NCBI GenBank assembly: GCA_002867475.1
Contig: PKTL01000043.1
Location: forward strand, 16,192-80,191
Source of the DNA: Candidatus Woesearchaeota archaeon
GTDB lineage: Archaea; Nanobdellota; Nanobdellia; Woesearchaeales; BM511
DNA length: 64,000 nucleotides
Direction of reading: 5' to 3'
Both the position numbers and the translations under genes were made by a program. Shown in pieces: positions 50,947 to 60,555 of the stretch; within the stretch, counting starts at the first letter, position 1, and every line of letters begins with the position of its first letter. The notes beneath the pieces were generated by a model that saw only the letters and a program-made list of their open reading frames with translations, did no database searches and was not told the DNA's origin.

Positions 50947-52743
50947 ATGAGTAAGAAACAAGAAATAGATTATGAAAAAATTGGCCTTATTTGTGGTTTA
51001 GAAATCCACCAGCAACTTGACACTAATAAATTATTTTGTAACTGTCCAAGCATTATTCGTGATGATAAACCAGACGTTGAAGTCAGACGTAGATTAAAAG
51101 CAGTTATTGGAGAAGATGGACATATTGATAAAGCAGCTCTTGCAGCAGCTAATAGAGATAAATTTTATGATTATCAAGGTTACACTGATTCAACTTGCTT
51201 AATCGAGTTTGATGAACAACCCCCTGAAACTATGAATAAAAATGCGTTAGAGGTTGTTTTACAAGTTAGTAAAATGATTAATGCAGAAATAGTTGATGAA
51301 ATTCAGGTTATGAGAAAAACCGTTGTTGATGGAAGTAACACTAGTGGATTTCAAAGAACTAGCCTTGTTGGTCAATATGGTTACTTAACTGTTAATAATA
51401 AAAGAATTGGAGTTCCAACTATTTGTATAGAAGAAGATAGTGCTAAAATAGTTTCAAGAAATAAAAATTATGATGTTTATAATTTAAGTAGGCTTGGAAT
51501 TCCTTTAATCGAATTAGCAACAGATCCCGACATAAATCATCCCGAAGAAGCAAAAGAAGTTGCTTCAATGATTGGAATGATCCTTAGAAGTACTGGGAAA
51601 GTTAAAAGAGGCCTTGGAACGATCAGGCAAGATGTAAATGTAAGTATCAAAGGTGGTCTTAGGGTTGAGATAAAAGGTGCTCAAGATTTAAAGATGATAC
51701 CTACCTTAATAGATAATGAGATTATTAGGCAAAAATATTGTATCAATTTCAAGACTCCAAAAACAAGTGATCTAATTGATGTAAGTAAAACATTGGAAAA
51801 ATGTGAATCTAAAGTGATAAGATCCGCACTTGATAACAAAGGTGTTGTTCTTGCAATAAAGATTGAAGGATTCAATGGGAAACTTGGCGAGCATATAAGT
51901 CCAGGAAAAAGATTAGGTTCTGAACTTTCGGATTATGCAAAAGGCCATGCTGGAGTTAAAGGACTTTTCCATAGCGATGAACTTCCAAAATATGGCATCA
52001 CTGAAAAAGAGGTTGAAAGCATAAAGAAAAAGCTTGTTTGCAAAAAAGATGATGCATTCATAATAATAGGAGATAATGAGGAAGTTTCTAAAAGAGCTTT
52101 GAAGTCTGTTAAGGACAGGTTTAAGAATATTTTGACTAAAGAGGTCAGGAAAGCAAATGAGGATGGTACAACAAGTTATATGAGACCCATGCCTGGCGCT
52201 GCGAGAATGTATCCTGAAACTGATTGCGTGCCCATAAAACCTAATGTGAAAGATATCAAGCTTCCTGAACTTATATCTGATAAGATATTAAGATTTGAAA
52301 AGGATTACAAGATTAGCAAGGATCTAGCAAGCCAGCTTGCAAAACAAAGTATTGACTTTGATGATTATACTAAAAGATTTAAGGATCTTACACCAAGTTA
52401 TATTGCAGACAATTTGATAAACACACCTAAATTATTAAAGACTAGATATAAGCTGAATCTAGATATATTTAGCCATATTGATGAATTATTCCTAAAGGTT
52501 GAGGAAGGCGTCATTCCAAAAGATAGCATAACTGATATACTTTTAGATATCGGGTCTGGGAAAAAGATTGATTTCAATAATTATGCAATGATGAGTGATG
52601 ATGACATATCTAAAGTTATAAAAGAGGTTATTGCTTCTAATAAAGGAGCTCCCATGGGTGCTTTAATGGGTGAAGCTATGAAGCGACTTAAAGGTAAAGC
52701 TGAAGGTAAAAAGATAAGCGAAATATTAAGGAAATTAATGTAA
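50947..52743 (+). CDS. gatE: Glu-tRNA(Gln) amidotransferase subunit E
   Basis: GLEIHQQL, DGSNTSGFQRT, RGLGTIRQD, RPMPGAARMYPETD. Confidence 0.97.
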   Translation: MSKKQEIDYEKIGLICGLEIHQQLDTNKLFCNCPSIIRDDKPDVEVRRRLKAVIGEDGHIDKAALAAANRDKFYDYQGYTDSTCLIEFDEQPPETMNKNALEVVLQVSKMINAEIVDEIQVMRKTVVDGSNTSGFQRTSLVGQYGYLTVNNKRIGVPTICIEEDSAKIVSRNKNYDVYNLSRLGIPLIELATDPDINHPEEAKEVASMIGMILRSTGKVKRGLGTIRQDVNVSIKGGLRVEIKGAQDLKMIPTLIDNEIIRQKYCINFKTPKTSDLIDVSKTLEKCESKVIRSALDNKGVVLAIKIEGFNGKLGEHISPGKRLGSELSDYAKGHAGVKGLFHSDELPKYGITEKEVESIKKKLVCKKDDAFIIIGDNEEVSKRALKSVKDRFKNILTKEVRKANEDGTTSYMRPMPGAARMYPETDCVPIKPNVKDIKLPELISDKILRFEKDYKISKDLASQLAKQSIDFDDYTKRFKDLTPSYIADNLINTPKLLKTRYKLNLDIFSHIDELFLKVEEGVIPKDSITDILLDIGSGKKIDFNNYAMMSDDDISKVIKEVIASNKGAPMGALMGEAMKRLKGKAEGKKISEILRKLM

Positions 52744-52745
52744 AA

Positions 52746-53378
52746 ATGAATAATTTAATAGTTTCAATAATAGTTACAGTTGTTTCTTTACCTCTTATTT
52801 TCTTTGCATTTTGGAAGCTTTGGTTCTTAAGAAATCCTAAAAGAGTCATCCCTAAAGGAAATAATTTAATATGTCCTGCTGATGGAAAAGTTATAGATGT
52901 AATCCCTTTCAATAAGAAAGAAATTGTTTTCAATAAGGGCAATAAAAGAATTTTTGGTCAAATTAGAACACTTACAAAAGATATTGCAGATGAAGGTTTC
53001 ATGATTAGCATTTTCATGAGCCCATTTAATGTTCATTACAACAGAGCTCCTATTTCTGGAAAGATCAAAAGCGTTATCCATAAACCTGGAAAGCTTTTAG
53101 CAGTTAACACCATCAATGCAGGTCTTGTTAATGAGAAAACTGAAACGATAATTGAGAATAAAGATCTTAAGATCAAAGTTATCCAAATCGCTGGTTTTCT
53201 TGCTAGAAGAATAGAAACTTTTGTACAGTCAAATGACAATGTCAAGAAAGGGGATGTTTATGGACTCATCAATCTTGGAAGCCAGGTTAGCATAATAATT
53301 ACAAAAAATGTAAATGTTCTTGTTAAGAAAGGTGAAAAGGTAAAGGCTGGAGAAACAATACTTGGTGAATTGAAATGA
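52746..53378 (+). CDS. psd: Phosphatidylserine/archaetidylserine decarboxylase
   Basis: PADGKV, IFMSPFNVHYNRAP, QIAG, LGS autocleavage motif. Confidence 0.9.
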   Translation: MNNLIVSIIVTVVSLPLIFFAFWKLWFLRNPKRVIPKGNNLICPADGKVIDVIPFNKKEIVFNKGNKRIFGQIRTLTKDIADEGFMISIFMSPFNVHYNRAPISGKIKSVIHKPGKLLAVNTINAGLVNEKTETIIENKDLKIKVIQIAGFLARRIETFVQSNDNVKKGDVYGLINLGSQVSIIITKNVNVLVKKGEKVKAGETILGELK

Positions 53379-53869
53379 GATTAAAACTTGCTGATTATTT
53401 CACTTATGGAAACCTAATATCTGGACTACTTAGCATATATTTTTCTATAAATAACAGTTTTACACTCGCAGCGATTTCTATATTGGTTGGAGTTTTCTTT
53501 GATTATATTGATGGTAAGGTTGCTAGGATGAGAAAAGAGGAAAGCGAGCTTGGTGCTCAACTTGACAGTTTTGCTGATGCAATAACTTTTGGTGTTAGTA
53601 TTGCAGTTCTTTTACATATTAGATTTCAAAGCACATATTTAGATATTGTATTATTGTTTTTTGTTTGTGCAGGAATATACCGTCTCGCAAGATTCAATAT
53701 GAAAAAAGACTCAAAACCTACAAAATATTTTGAAGGAACTCCTATAACAATCAATGGAATAGTATTTCCTTTAGTTATAATATTCTACCCAAACATTTAT
53801 CTAATAGAAGTCTTATTGATAGTATTATCAGCCACTATGGTTAGTAAGCTGAAGATAAAACATTGGTGA
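53375..53869 (+). CDS. pssA: CDP-alcohol phosphatidyltransferase (serine synthase type)
   Basis: DYIDGKVAR...GAQLDSFAD, RLARFN, FEGTP. Confidence 0.88.
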   Translation: MRLKLADYFTYGNLISGLLSIYFSINNSFTLAAISILVGVFFDYIDGKVARMRKEESELGAQLDSFADAITFGVSIAVLLHIRFQSTYLDIVLLFFVCAGIYRLARFNMKKDSKPTKYFEGTPITINGIVFPLVIIFYPNIYLIEVLLIVLSATMVSKLKIKHW

Positions 53870-53875
53870 ATTAAT

Positions 53876-54412
53876 TTGATTGATGAAATATTAGGTCTTT
53901 TGTATCTGCTTATCCCTGCTTATTTTGCAAATATGGCTCCAGTATTTTTCAAAAGATTGGATTTCTTGAATTACCCTATTGATTTTGGTAAAAAGATCAG
54001 AAAGAAAAGAATATTTGGTAAAAATAAGACTTTTAGAGGTCTTTTTTTTGGAATGATTCTAGCAATGTTAGTCTTTTACATCCAAAAGATCTTTTTTCTA
54101 GAAGGATTTGTAAGCTTTTCATTGATAGATTACAGCCTTTATAGTGTTTGGTTTGGTGCTGTTATAGGACTAGTCACTATATTGGGTGATGCTATTGAAA
54201 GCTTTTTCAAAAGACAGCTTGGGAAAAAACCTGGGAAGCCTTGGGTTCCTTTTGATCAATTAGATTTCGTGATCACTAATTTCATATTTTTTGCATTCTT
54301 TATAGATATCAGCATCTTGTCTTATTTGATCGCTGCAATAATAATAACATTATGTGATATGATAATACAATACACAGGTTATAAGCTTAAACTAAAAGAG
54401 GATTTCTTATGA
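53876..54412 (+). CDS. carS: CDP-archaeol synthase
   Basis: PAYFANMAP, PIDFG, GKNKTFRG, GDAIESFFKRQ, PFDQLDF. Confidence 0.9.
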   Translation: MIDEILGLLYLLIPAYFANMAPVFFKRLDFLNYPIDFGKKIRKKRIFGKNKTFRGLFFGMILAMLVFYIQKIFFLEGFVSFSLIDYSLYSVWFGAVIGLVTILGDAIESFFKRQLGKKPGKPWVPFDQLDFVITNFIFFAFFIDISILSYLIAAIIITLCDMIIQYTGYKLKLKEDFL

Positions 54413-55050
54413 AAAAAGCTATAATCACAGGAGCCTCAAGTGGATTAGGATTAGAAATTGGGAATTTACTAAAAAATGATTCTTTTGAGGTTATTAATAT
54501 TTCTAGAAAAGATTCACCTTTTAATGACATTAAATGTGATCTTAGCTTAGATACAATGATTGGTGATGTAATTGAAAAAATCAAAAAAGAACATGATAAA
54601 TTTGATGTGATAATTCTTAATTCTGGTATAATGCCTTTAGCAAAAATAGGTCAAACAAATTTTGATATTGATAATCTTTTTAAGATAAATGTTACTGGTG
54701 CAATAAAGATCATTGATGGTTTATTAGATCTGATTAAGAAAAATGGAGCAGACATAATAATAGTTGGTTCTACTGCTGCAAAACAAGGGTATGATGAACA
54801 TGGAATATACTGTGCCACAAAACATGCACTTGATGGTTACATCAAATCCTTGCAAGCAGAACTGAAAGAAGAAAAGGTCAGAGTTATTGGTTTTCATCCT
54901 GGAGGATTCAATTCTAATCTTAGAGGAGGTATAGTAAAAGAAGGTTATATGGATCCTAGGGAATTAGCAAAATTGATAATCCAATTGATCAATCTTCCTA
55001 AAGTTATGGAAGTTTCAGACATTGTTATTACACGTAAAAAAAATTATTAA
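54409..55050 (+). CDS. Short-chain dehydrogenase/reductase
   Basis: TGASSGLG, YCATK, HPGG. Confidence 0.9.
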   Translation: MKKAIITGASSGLGLEIGNLLKNDSFEVINISRKDSPFNDIKCDLSLDTMIGDVIEKIKKEHDKFDVIILNSGIMPLAKIGQTNFDIDNLFKINVTGAIKIIDGLLDLIKKNGADIIIVGSTAAKQGYDEHGIYCATKHALDGYIKSLQAELKEEKVRVIGFHPGGFNSNLRGGIVKEGYMDPRELAKLIIQLINLPKVMEVSDIVITRKKNY

Positions 55051-55051
55051 A

Positions 55052-56101
55052 TTATAATTTTATCTTGAAAAAATTTCTCTTATTTTCAAAAAGTGTCTTG
55101 AACTTGAAACTTTTATAGAATAAAAATATCATCCCGATTAGGCCTATCGTTACGTCCCTAGATCTTATAAGGAAACTTAATGCGTAAGCTTTTCCTACAT
55201 CTATCTTTAAAAAATTAAATATGCTTGCTTGTGATATCTCTAAAACTCCAAGGGCTGCAGGGATAGGAATAAGATATGCAAGACCTACAACAGTTATTAT
55301 AAGGAAAAGTTCATAAAAACCTGCATCATACCCTAACATTAGAAGAGCTACCTTAAATTCTGCAAACATGAGCAACCAAAGTATCGCACTTATAATCACA
55401 GATACCTTAAATTCAAATGTATGCTTATTATAGAAATTATATATGTTATCTCTTATAGTTTTAAGCTCCCTTACATAGTTCTTCAAATATTTCAAATCTT
55501 TTATCCTATCAAAAAATATGTTCAAAAAAACTCCTTTCTTTATCATCAGATAATATGCTGTAACTATCAAAAATAGCAATAAGGATATTATGAAAAATAA
55601 AAACTTATTATGTATAGTTGTTAAAAGCAATATTAAGCTTCCAGTAACTGCAAAAAAGGAGTTCATACCCATCTCCATACTTTTATCAATCAATACTGTT
55701 GATATTCCTTTTGGAAAAGGCATATCATAACGTTTTAACATCAATGCCCTTATAGGTTCACCTCCAACGTGCGCTGTCGGAGTGAAATAATTCAGACTAT
55801 AACCTATCGTCCTATAAACCCATAGTTTTGTAAATGGTATTTTTTGACCATGAGCAGAAATTATTATCTTCCACCTCAACACAAGAAATAACTGAATCAA
55901 CAAACTTATACCCAGATATGCTGAAAACAATATCAATGATGTATATATAAAGTTCTGAAAAATAGTTATTAATCCTTTATTTGTATATAGGAGAATAACT
56001 GTAAATAAGCCAATTAGTACAGATAAGAGTATCAACCATTTTTGAGTTTTAAATCGTTCAGCATATGCCAATTTTGACTTCTTTTTTGCAAAAAGTTCCA
56101 T
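55052..56101 (-). CDS. Lysylphosphatidylglycerol synthase TM-domain/flippase-like protein (UPF0104)
   Basis: LRW, NYFTP..VGGEPIR, IPIPAALGVLE. Confidence 0.85.
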   Translation of the reverse strand: MELFAKKKSKLAYAERFKTQKWLILLSVLIGLFTVILLYTNKGLITIFQNFIYTSLILFSAYLGISLLIQLFLVLRWKIIISAHGQKIPFTKLWVYRTIGYSLNYFTPTAHVGGEPIRALMLKRYDMPFPKGISTVLIDKSMEMGMNSFFAVTGSLILLLTTIHNKFLFFIISLLLFLIVTAYYLMIKKGVFLNIFFDRIKDLKYLKNYVRELKTIRDNIYNFYNKHTFEFKVSVIISAILWLLMFAEFKVALLMLGYDAGFYELFLIITVVGLAYLIPIPAALGVLEISQASIFNFLKIDVGKAYALSFLIRSRDVTIGLIGMIFLFYKSFKFKTLFENKRNFFKIKL

Positions 56102-56124
56102 TATACTTGTTTAGGTCCAATCAT

Positions 56125-56364
56125 TTATAAAATATTTGCTTGTGATTTAAATTCAAATTCCAGATTTAGATTTAAATTTTCATTATATAATCTTAATGCT
56201 AAATGATCAAAACTTTTTTCTACATCTTTCAATATTATGAACTCTTGGTCTAATAAGTCAAGCAATCTTCTTTTCACATCATATTTTAGCCATAAGACTT
56301 CTCTTATGTATTGTTTTTCTTCTAGATATCTGTTTGCAATCTTTATTATCTTCAAACATATCAC
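56125..56364 (-). CDS. Hypothetical protein (start uncertain)
   Basis: GAGGTGA RBS-like sequence at the 5' end; motif promoter upstream. Confidence 0.5.
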   Translation of the reverse strand: MICLKIIKIANRYLEEKQYIREVLWLKYDVKRRLLDLLDQEFIILKDVEKSFDHLALRLYNENLNLNLEFEFKSQANIL

Positions 56365-56390
56365 CTCTATAAAATATTAGAACATATTAG

Positions 56391-56420
56391 TTTAAAAGAG
56401 TGATTTGAGAATGTCCAGTG
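56391..56420 (-). promoter_or_regulatory. CACTGGACAT-N14-TTTAAA promoter motif, copy D (extra tgtccagtg at 56462-56470)
   Basis: + strand tttaaa-agagtgatttgaga-atgtccagtg. Confidence 0.6.
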
Positions 56421-56511
56421 AGAAAATAGTTAGTAATATTATAATATATAATATTAAGGATTGTCCAGTGAATCAGTTAATTATTTAAAAGCATGAATCA
56501 AATATCTCATT

Positions 56512-57453
56512 ATGGCTTATGATTTAATAACTGTTGGAAGTGCAACTTTTGATGTGTTTGCAAAAACAGATAATGAGACTATAGAGATTCATTCGAGAAG
56601 CGGTGATGAAAAACTTATAGCTTACCCTCTTGGCACTAAGATATTGATGAAAGACCTTGAATTCCATGTTGGAGGCGGTGGGACAAATACTGCTGTTGCT
56701 GCTTCGAGATTAGGGTTAAAGACTGGATATCTTGGAAATGTTGGAAAAGACACTAATGGAGATCAAGTAATATCTCTTTTGAAAAAAGAAAAAGTTGATT
56801 TTTTGGGTACAAGAACAAACGACCTGACAAATTATAGTATAATTCTTGATTCATTTGATGAGGATAGAACAATACTTGTTCATAAGGGAGCTAGTCAAAA
56901 GTTTGATTTTGATAAGATTCCAAAATCAAGATTGAAAACTAAATGGTTCTACCTTTGTGCAATGGTGGATAAAGGTTTCAAGCAGTTAGAAAAGATAAGC
57001 GAATATGCTAATAAAAATAATATAAGTGTCGCATTTAATCCTAGCAGCTATATTGCAAGCAAAGGAAAAAGATATCTTTCAAAAATCTTGAAAAATACTG
57101 ATCTATTGATCCTTAACCTTGAAGAAGCTAAGATGATCTGTGGGAATGACTCAAAAAAAGAACTTACAAAAGAGCTTAAGAAACTTGGCCCTAAAAATAT
57201 TATAATAACTGATGGTAAAGATAAAATAGGTGTTCTTTATGAGGATAATTATTTGGAGATCCTTCCAAAAAAAGTGAAAAGTAAAGAAACTACCGGCGCA
57301 GGAGATTCTTTTGGATCCACACTTGTTAGTGGATTGATAATGAGTAAAGACATCAAAACTTCAATCAATATGGCATTGAAGAATAGTGCTTCAGTTATAA
57401 TGAATATCGGAGCAAAAAAAGGATTATTAACAAAAAAAGAATTGATTAGATAA
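56512..57453 (+). CDS. PfkB-family carbohydrate kinase
   Basis: GGGGTNTAV, NLEEA, ETTGAGDSF. Confidence 0.92.
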   Translation: MAYDLITVGSATFDVFAKTDNETIEIHSRSGDEKLIAYPLGTKILMKDLEFHVGGGGTNTAVAASRLGLKTGYLGNVGKDTNGDQVISLLKKEKVDFLGTRTNDLTNYSIILDSFDEDRTILVHKGASQKFDFDKIPKSRLKTKWFYLCAMVDKGFKQLEKISEYANKNNISVAFNPSSYIASKGKRYLSKILKNTDLLILNLEEAKMICGNDSKKELTKELKKLGPKNIIITDGKDKIGVLYEDNYLEILPKKVKSKETTGAGDSFGSTLVSGLIMSKDIKTSINMALKNSASVIMNIGAKKGLLTKKELIR

Positions 57454-57531
57454 AAAGTTATTTTAACATGGCTCATAAATTTTATATAGTAGAACTAAAA
57501 ACCCAATATTTAACATTAGGTGATTTAATTA

Positions 57532-57690
57532 ATGATGCAGTATGATATGACTCTTTGCAATAAGGAGCCAAAAAAAGAAGTGAACCTTGATGATGAAAAG
57601 ATAAGACTCAGTGAGAATCTTAGCTATGTTTTTAGAATGTTTCTTGCATCTATGCTTTTTATTGCATTCATTCTTTCCATTTCATCCTAA
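57532..57690 (+). CDS. Small 52-aa protein with C-terminal TM helix
   Basis: AGGTGA RBS and TATA upstream; MMQYDMTLCNK...RMFLASMLFIAFILSISS. Confidence 0.55.
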   Translation: MMQYDMTLCNKEPKKEVNLDDEKIRLSENLSYVFRMFLASMLFIAFILSISS

Positions 57691-57731
57691 TTATAGTTAA
57701 TTATATAAATCTTTGAATTTGTTGATTCTGT

Positions 57732-58646
57732 ATGTTAAAGACTAACTTATTCTTGCAAAAAAATGCTAAAGCTAAAGGGTATGCTGTTCCAGCATTCAAT
57801 ATCAATAATCTTGAGATCACTAAAGCAGTGATTAATACTGCCTCGAAAATGAAAAGCCCTGTAATTTTACAGACTAGCGAAGGTGCTATAAAATATGCTG
57901 GAATGAAAAATCTTATATCTCTTGCAAAAAATGCTGAAGATGAAAATAGGATTCCTTTATCATTGCATCTTGATCATGGACAGGATTTTGATGTGATTAG
58001 AAAATGTATAAAACTTGGTTATTCAAGTGTGATGTTTGATGGGTCTCATATGGAATTTAAGGATAATGTAAAAAACACAAAAAAAGTTGTTAATTTGGCT
58101 CACAAAAAAGGTATCAGTGTTGAAGGAGAGCTTGGTGTCTTAGCAGGAATTGAAGAAAACATAAAGTCTAAAAATCATATATATACTGATCCCGATCAAG
58201 CAAAAGAGTTTACTCTTAAAACAGGAGTTGATACTCTTGCTATTGCTATTGGTACTAGCCACGGAGCATATAAGTTCAGTGGTGAATCAAAACTTGATAT
58301 AAAAAGATTGAAAGAGATCGAAAAAAAAGTTAAAACCCCTCTTGTTCTTCATGGTGCTAGTGGGGTGCCTGAAGAATTGAAAAAAAAGCTTTTAGGCACA
58401 GGATTGAATATTGGTAAGGCTAAAGGAGTGTCAGATCAAGAAATAAGAAAGGCTGTAAAAGCTGGTATAACCAAAGTTAATATAGATACTGATTTGAGGC
58501 TTGCTTTCACTTATGGACTGAGAAATTTCATAAAAAAGAATAATGAAGATTTTGATCCTAGAAAGATAATGAAACCTGCTATGGATGAGATTGAAAAAGT
58601 TGTTGAGGCCAAGATCAAAGTGCTTGGCTCAAATAGAAGGTATTGA
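57732..58646 (+). CDS. fba: Class II fructose-1,6-bisphosphate aldolase
   Basis: AFNINN, LHLDHG, SVMFDGS, VEGELG, GTSHGAYK, LVLHGAS, KVNIDTD. Confidence 0.95.
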   Translation: MLKTNLFLQKNAKAKGYAVPAFNINNLEITKAVINTASKMKSPVILQTSEGAIKYAGMKNLISLAKNAEDENRIPLSLHLDHGQDFDVIRKCIKLGYSSVMFDGSHMEFKDNVKNTKKVVNLAHKKGISVEGELGVLAGIEENIKSKNHIYTDPDQAKEFTLKTGVDTLAIAIGTSHGAYKFSGESKLDIKRLKEIEKKVKTPLVLHGASGVPEELKKKLLGTGLNIGKAKGVSDQEIRKAVKAGITKVNIDTDLRLAFTYGLRNFIKKNNEDFDPRKIMKPAMDEIEKVVEAKIKVLGSNRRY

Positions 58647-58647
58647 T

Positions 58648-60555
58648 ATGGGATCTATAATTCAGTTTGATAAGATTGATGAAAACTTGAAAGAAGTTTT
58701 TGGTGAAAAAGCATATAATCTTGCTAGTGCAAGAAAGTATGCTAATATCCCTAATGGTTTTGTGCTTAATGATGAGATTATGAGAAGATTTCTTGATCAT
58801 AATGGTTTGATTAGTTTAATAGGAAGGTATCTTGATAATCTTATGGTTGATAATGAGAATATAATCCCTATTGTAAATGCTATTCAAAAAGCGATAATAA
58901 GTGGTAATTTTCCAAGTGATATAAAAGAAGATATTTCTGAATTTTATGAAAGTTTGTCGCATACTTCTATTCATGGTGCTAAAGATTTTCTAAAAAATGA
59001 TTCTTTACCATTAGTATGTATAAGAAATGGTGTTTATTCTGATAATGATAGTATTTATCAGCTTAACATAAAAGGGATGGATAACCTTCTGAATAACATA
59101 AAAATAATTTTTGCATCAAATTATACTAGTCAAAAGATTATCAAAAGAAAGGATGAGAATGAAGACCTTATTGAAAATGGGATAAATCCTGTGATCATCC
59201 AGAAGATGATTGGCGTCCAAAGAAGCGGAATATCTTATTCATATAATCCCAATATTAATGTTTCAAATGAATGTGTTATAAAAGCTATGTTTGGTCTTGG
59301 TATAGGTAAGGATGATAGAAAATTATCTTTCGATGAATACATCATTGATAAGGACTATGAGATTATTGGTTCAAAAATCGCTAAACAGGATTATGCTTAT
59401 GAGAAGGATCTTGAAAGTGATAAGACTGTAAAATATTCTCTTGATGAGAATGCTGCAATGCAGAAATTAAGTGAAAGCATGATAAAAGAAGTTGCTCAAA
59501 CAACAAGGAAACTAAAAAGAATATTTGATAGAGAAGTTATTTTAGAATTTGGTTTTTTGAAAAACACATTAATCTTGTTTGATATCAAACCCCAAGAAAT
59601 CATGTTAAAAGAACCTCAAAATATTGATGAAGATAAAGTTATAATACCTGAGAATAGAATTGAAGATATTAATGTAACCGAAACTATAGAGATTGTTGAT
59701 ATTGAACCTAATGATAGTAAGGATATAGGGTTTGAGATCGAAGAAGATATCAAAGAATATCCTGAAGAAATATTTGTAGAGGAAAAACGAGATGAAGAGG
59801 ATACTATTGAAGAGATTTTAACTCTTGATGATCTAGAATCAGATGAAGTTGTTCCAATCATTGAAGAAGAAGTAATTATTGAAAAAGATGATGATTCAGA
59901 TGTATATATCTCAAATATTGATGAACTCCAATCAGATGAAAATGAGGATGATATTGTTGATATTTATGAAGAAAATATAGAAAATATTGAAGATGAATCT
60001 AAAGATAGTGAATTCGGTTATAATTTTATAGATGATAATGATAATGAGAAGATAATTGCTGAAGAGCAAGAGATTGAAAAAATATTTGATGAAGAGATTG
60101 AACATGTTGAAACTGATAAAGAGAATTTGGTTGATGACTATAAGAATATAGGGATACCTGAAGTTTCGAAGGTTGAAGAAGAAGATGCTGATGAACCTAA
60201 AAAGGAGAATATCTTATTTTCTAAAGAAAAAGATAATGAAGAAGTAATAGAGGGTGATAATGACTTTTTTGAAAATCTAAATGAGGATGATAATAAAAAC
60301 AATTTCATCTTTGATAATTCAAATAATGAAAAAGAAGAATTATTAGATTACCCTGAAAAAAACATATTTGATAATGGAATAAATGAAGAATCTAATCTAT
60401 TTGAAACTGCTGGTGAAGAGTTGAGTATAGAAAAAGATGCTGATGAAAAAACTGAAAGTGATGATGATTTTTTTAGTAGAATAGAAGTTGAAGATGATGG
60501 AGATTTCATCTTTGATAATTCAGATAATGAAAAGAAAAAAGAAGAAGATTTCTGA
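58648..60555 (+). CDS. Degenerate PEP synthase/PPDK N-terminal nucleotide-binding domain with long acidic tail
   Basis: GEKAYNL, IPNGFV, VIIQKMI, SGISYS, FGLG; no phospho-His or TIM-barrel domain; ~300-aa D/E-rich tail. Confidence 0.75.
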   Translation: MGSIIQFDKIDENLKEVFGEKAYNLASARKYANIPNGFVLNDEIMRRFLDHNGLISLIGRYLDNLMVDNENIIPIVNAIQKAIISGNFPSDIKEDISEFYESLSHTSIHGAKDFLKNDSLPLVCIRNGVYSDNDSIYQLNIKGMDNLLNNIKIIFASNYTSQKIIKRKDENEDLIENGINPVIIQKMIGVQRSGISYSYNPNINVSNECVIKAMFGLGIGKDDRKLSFDEYIIDKDYEIIGSKIAKQDYAYEKDLESDKTVKYSLDENAAMQKLSESMIKEVAQTTRKLKRIFDREVILEFGFLKNTLILFDIKPQEIMLKEPQNIDEDKVIIPENRIEDINVTETIEIVDIEPNDSKDIGFEIEEDIKEYPEEIFVEEKRDEEDTIEEILTLDDLESDEVVPIIEEEVIIEKDDDSDVYISNIDELQSDENEDDIVDIYEENIENIEDESKDSEFGYNFIDDNDNEKIIAEEQEIEKIFDEEIEHVETDKENLVDDYKNIGIPEVSKVEEEDADEPKKENILFSKEKDNEEVIEGDNDFFENLNEDDNKNNFIFDNSNNEKEELLDYPEKNIFDNGINEESNLFETAGEELSIEKDADEKTESDDDFFSRIEVEDDGDFIFDNSDNEKKKEEDF

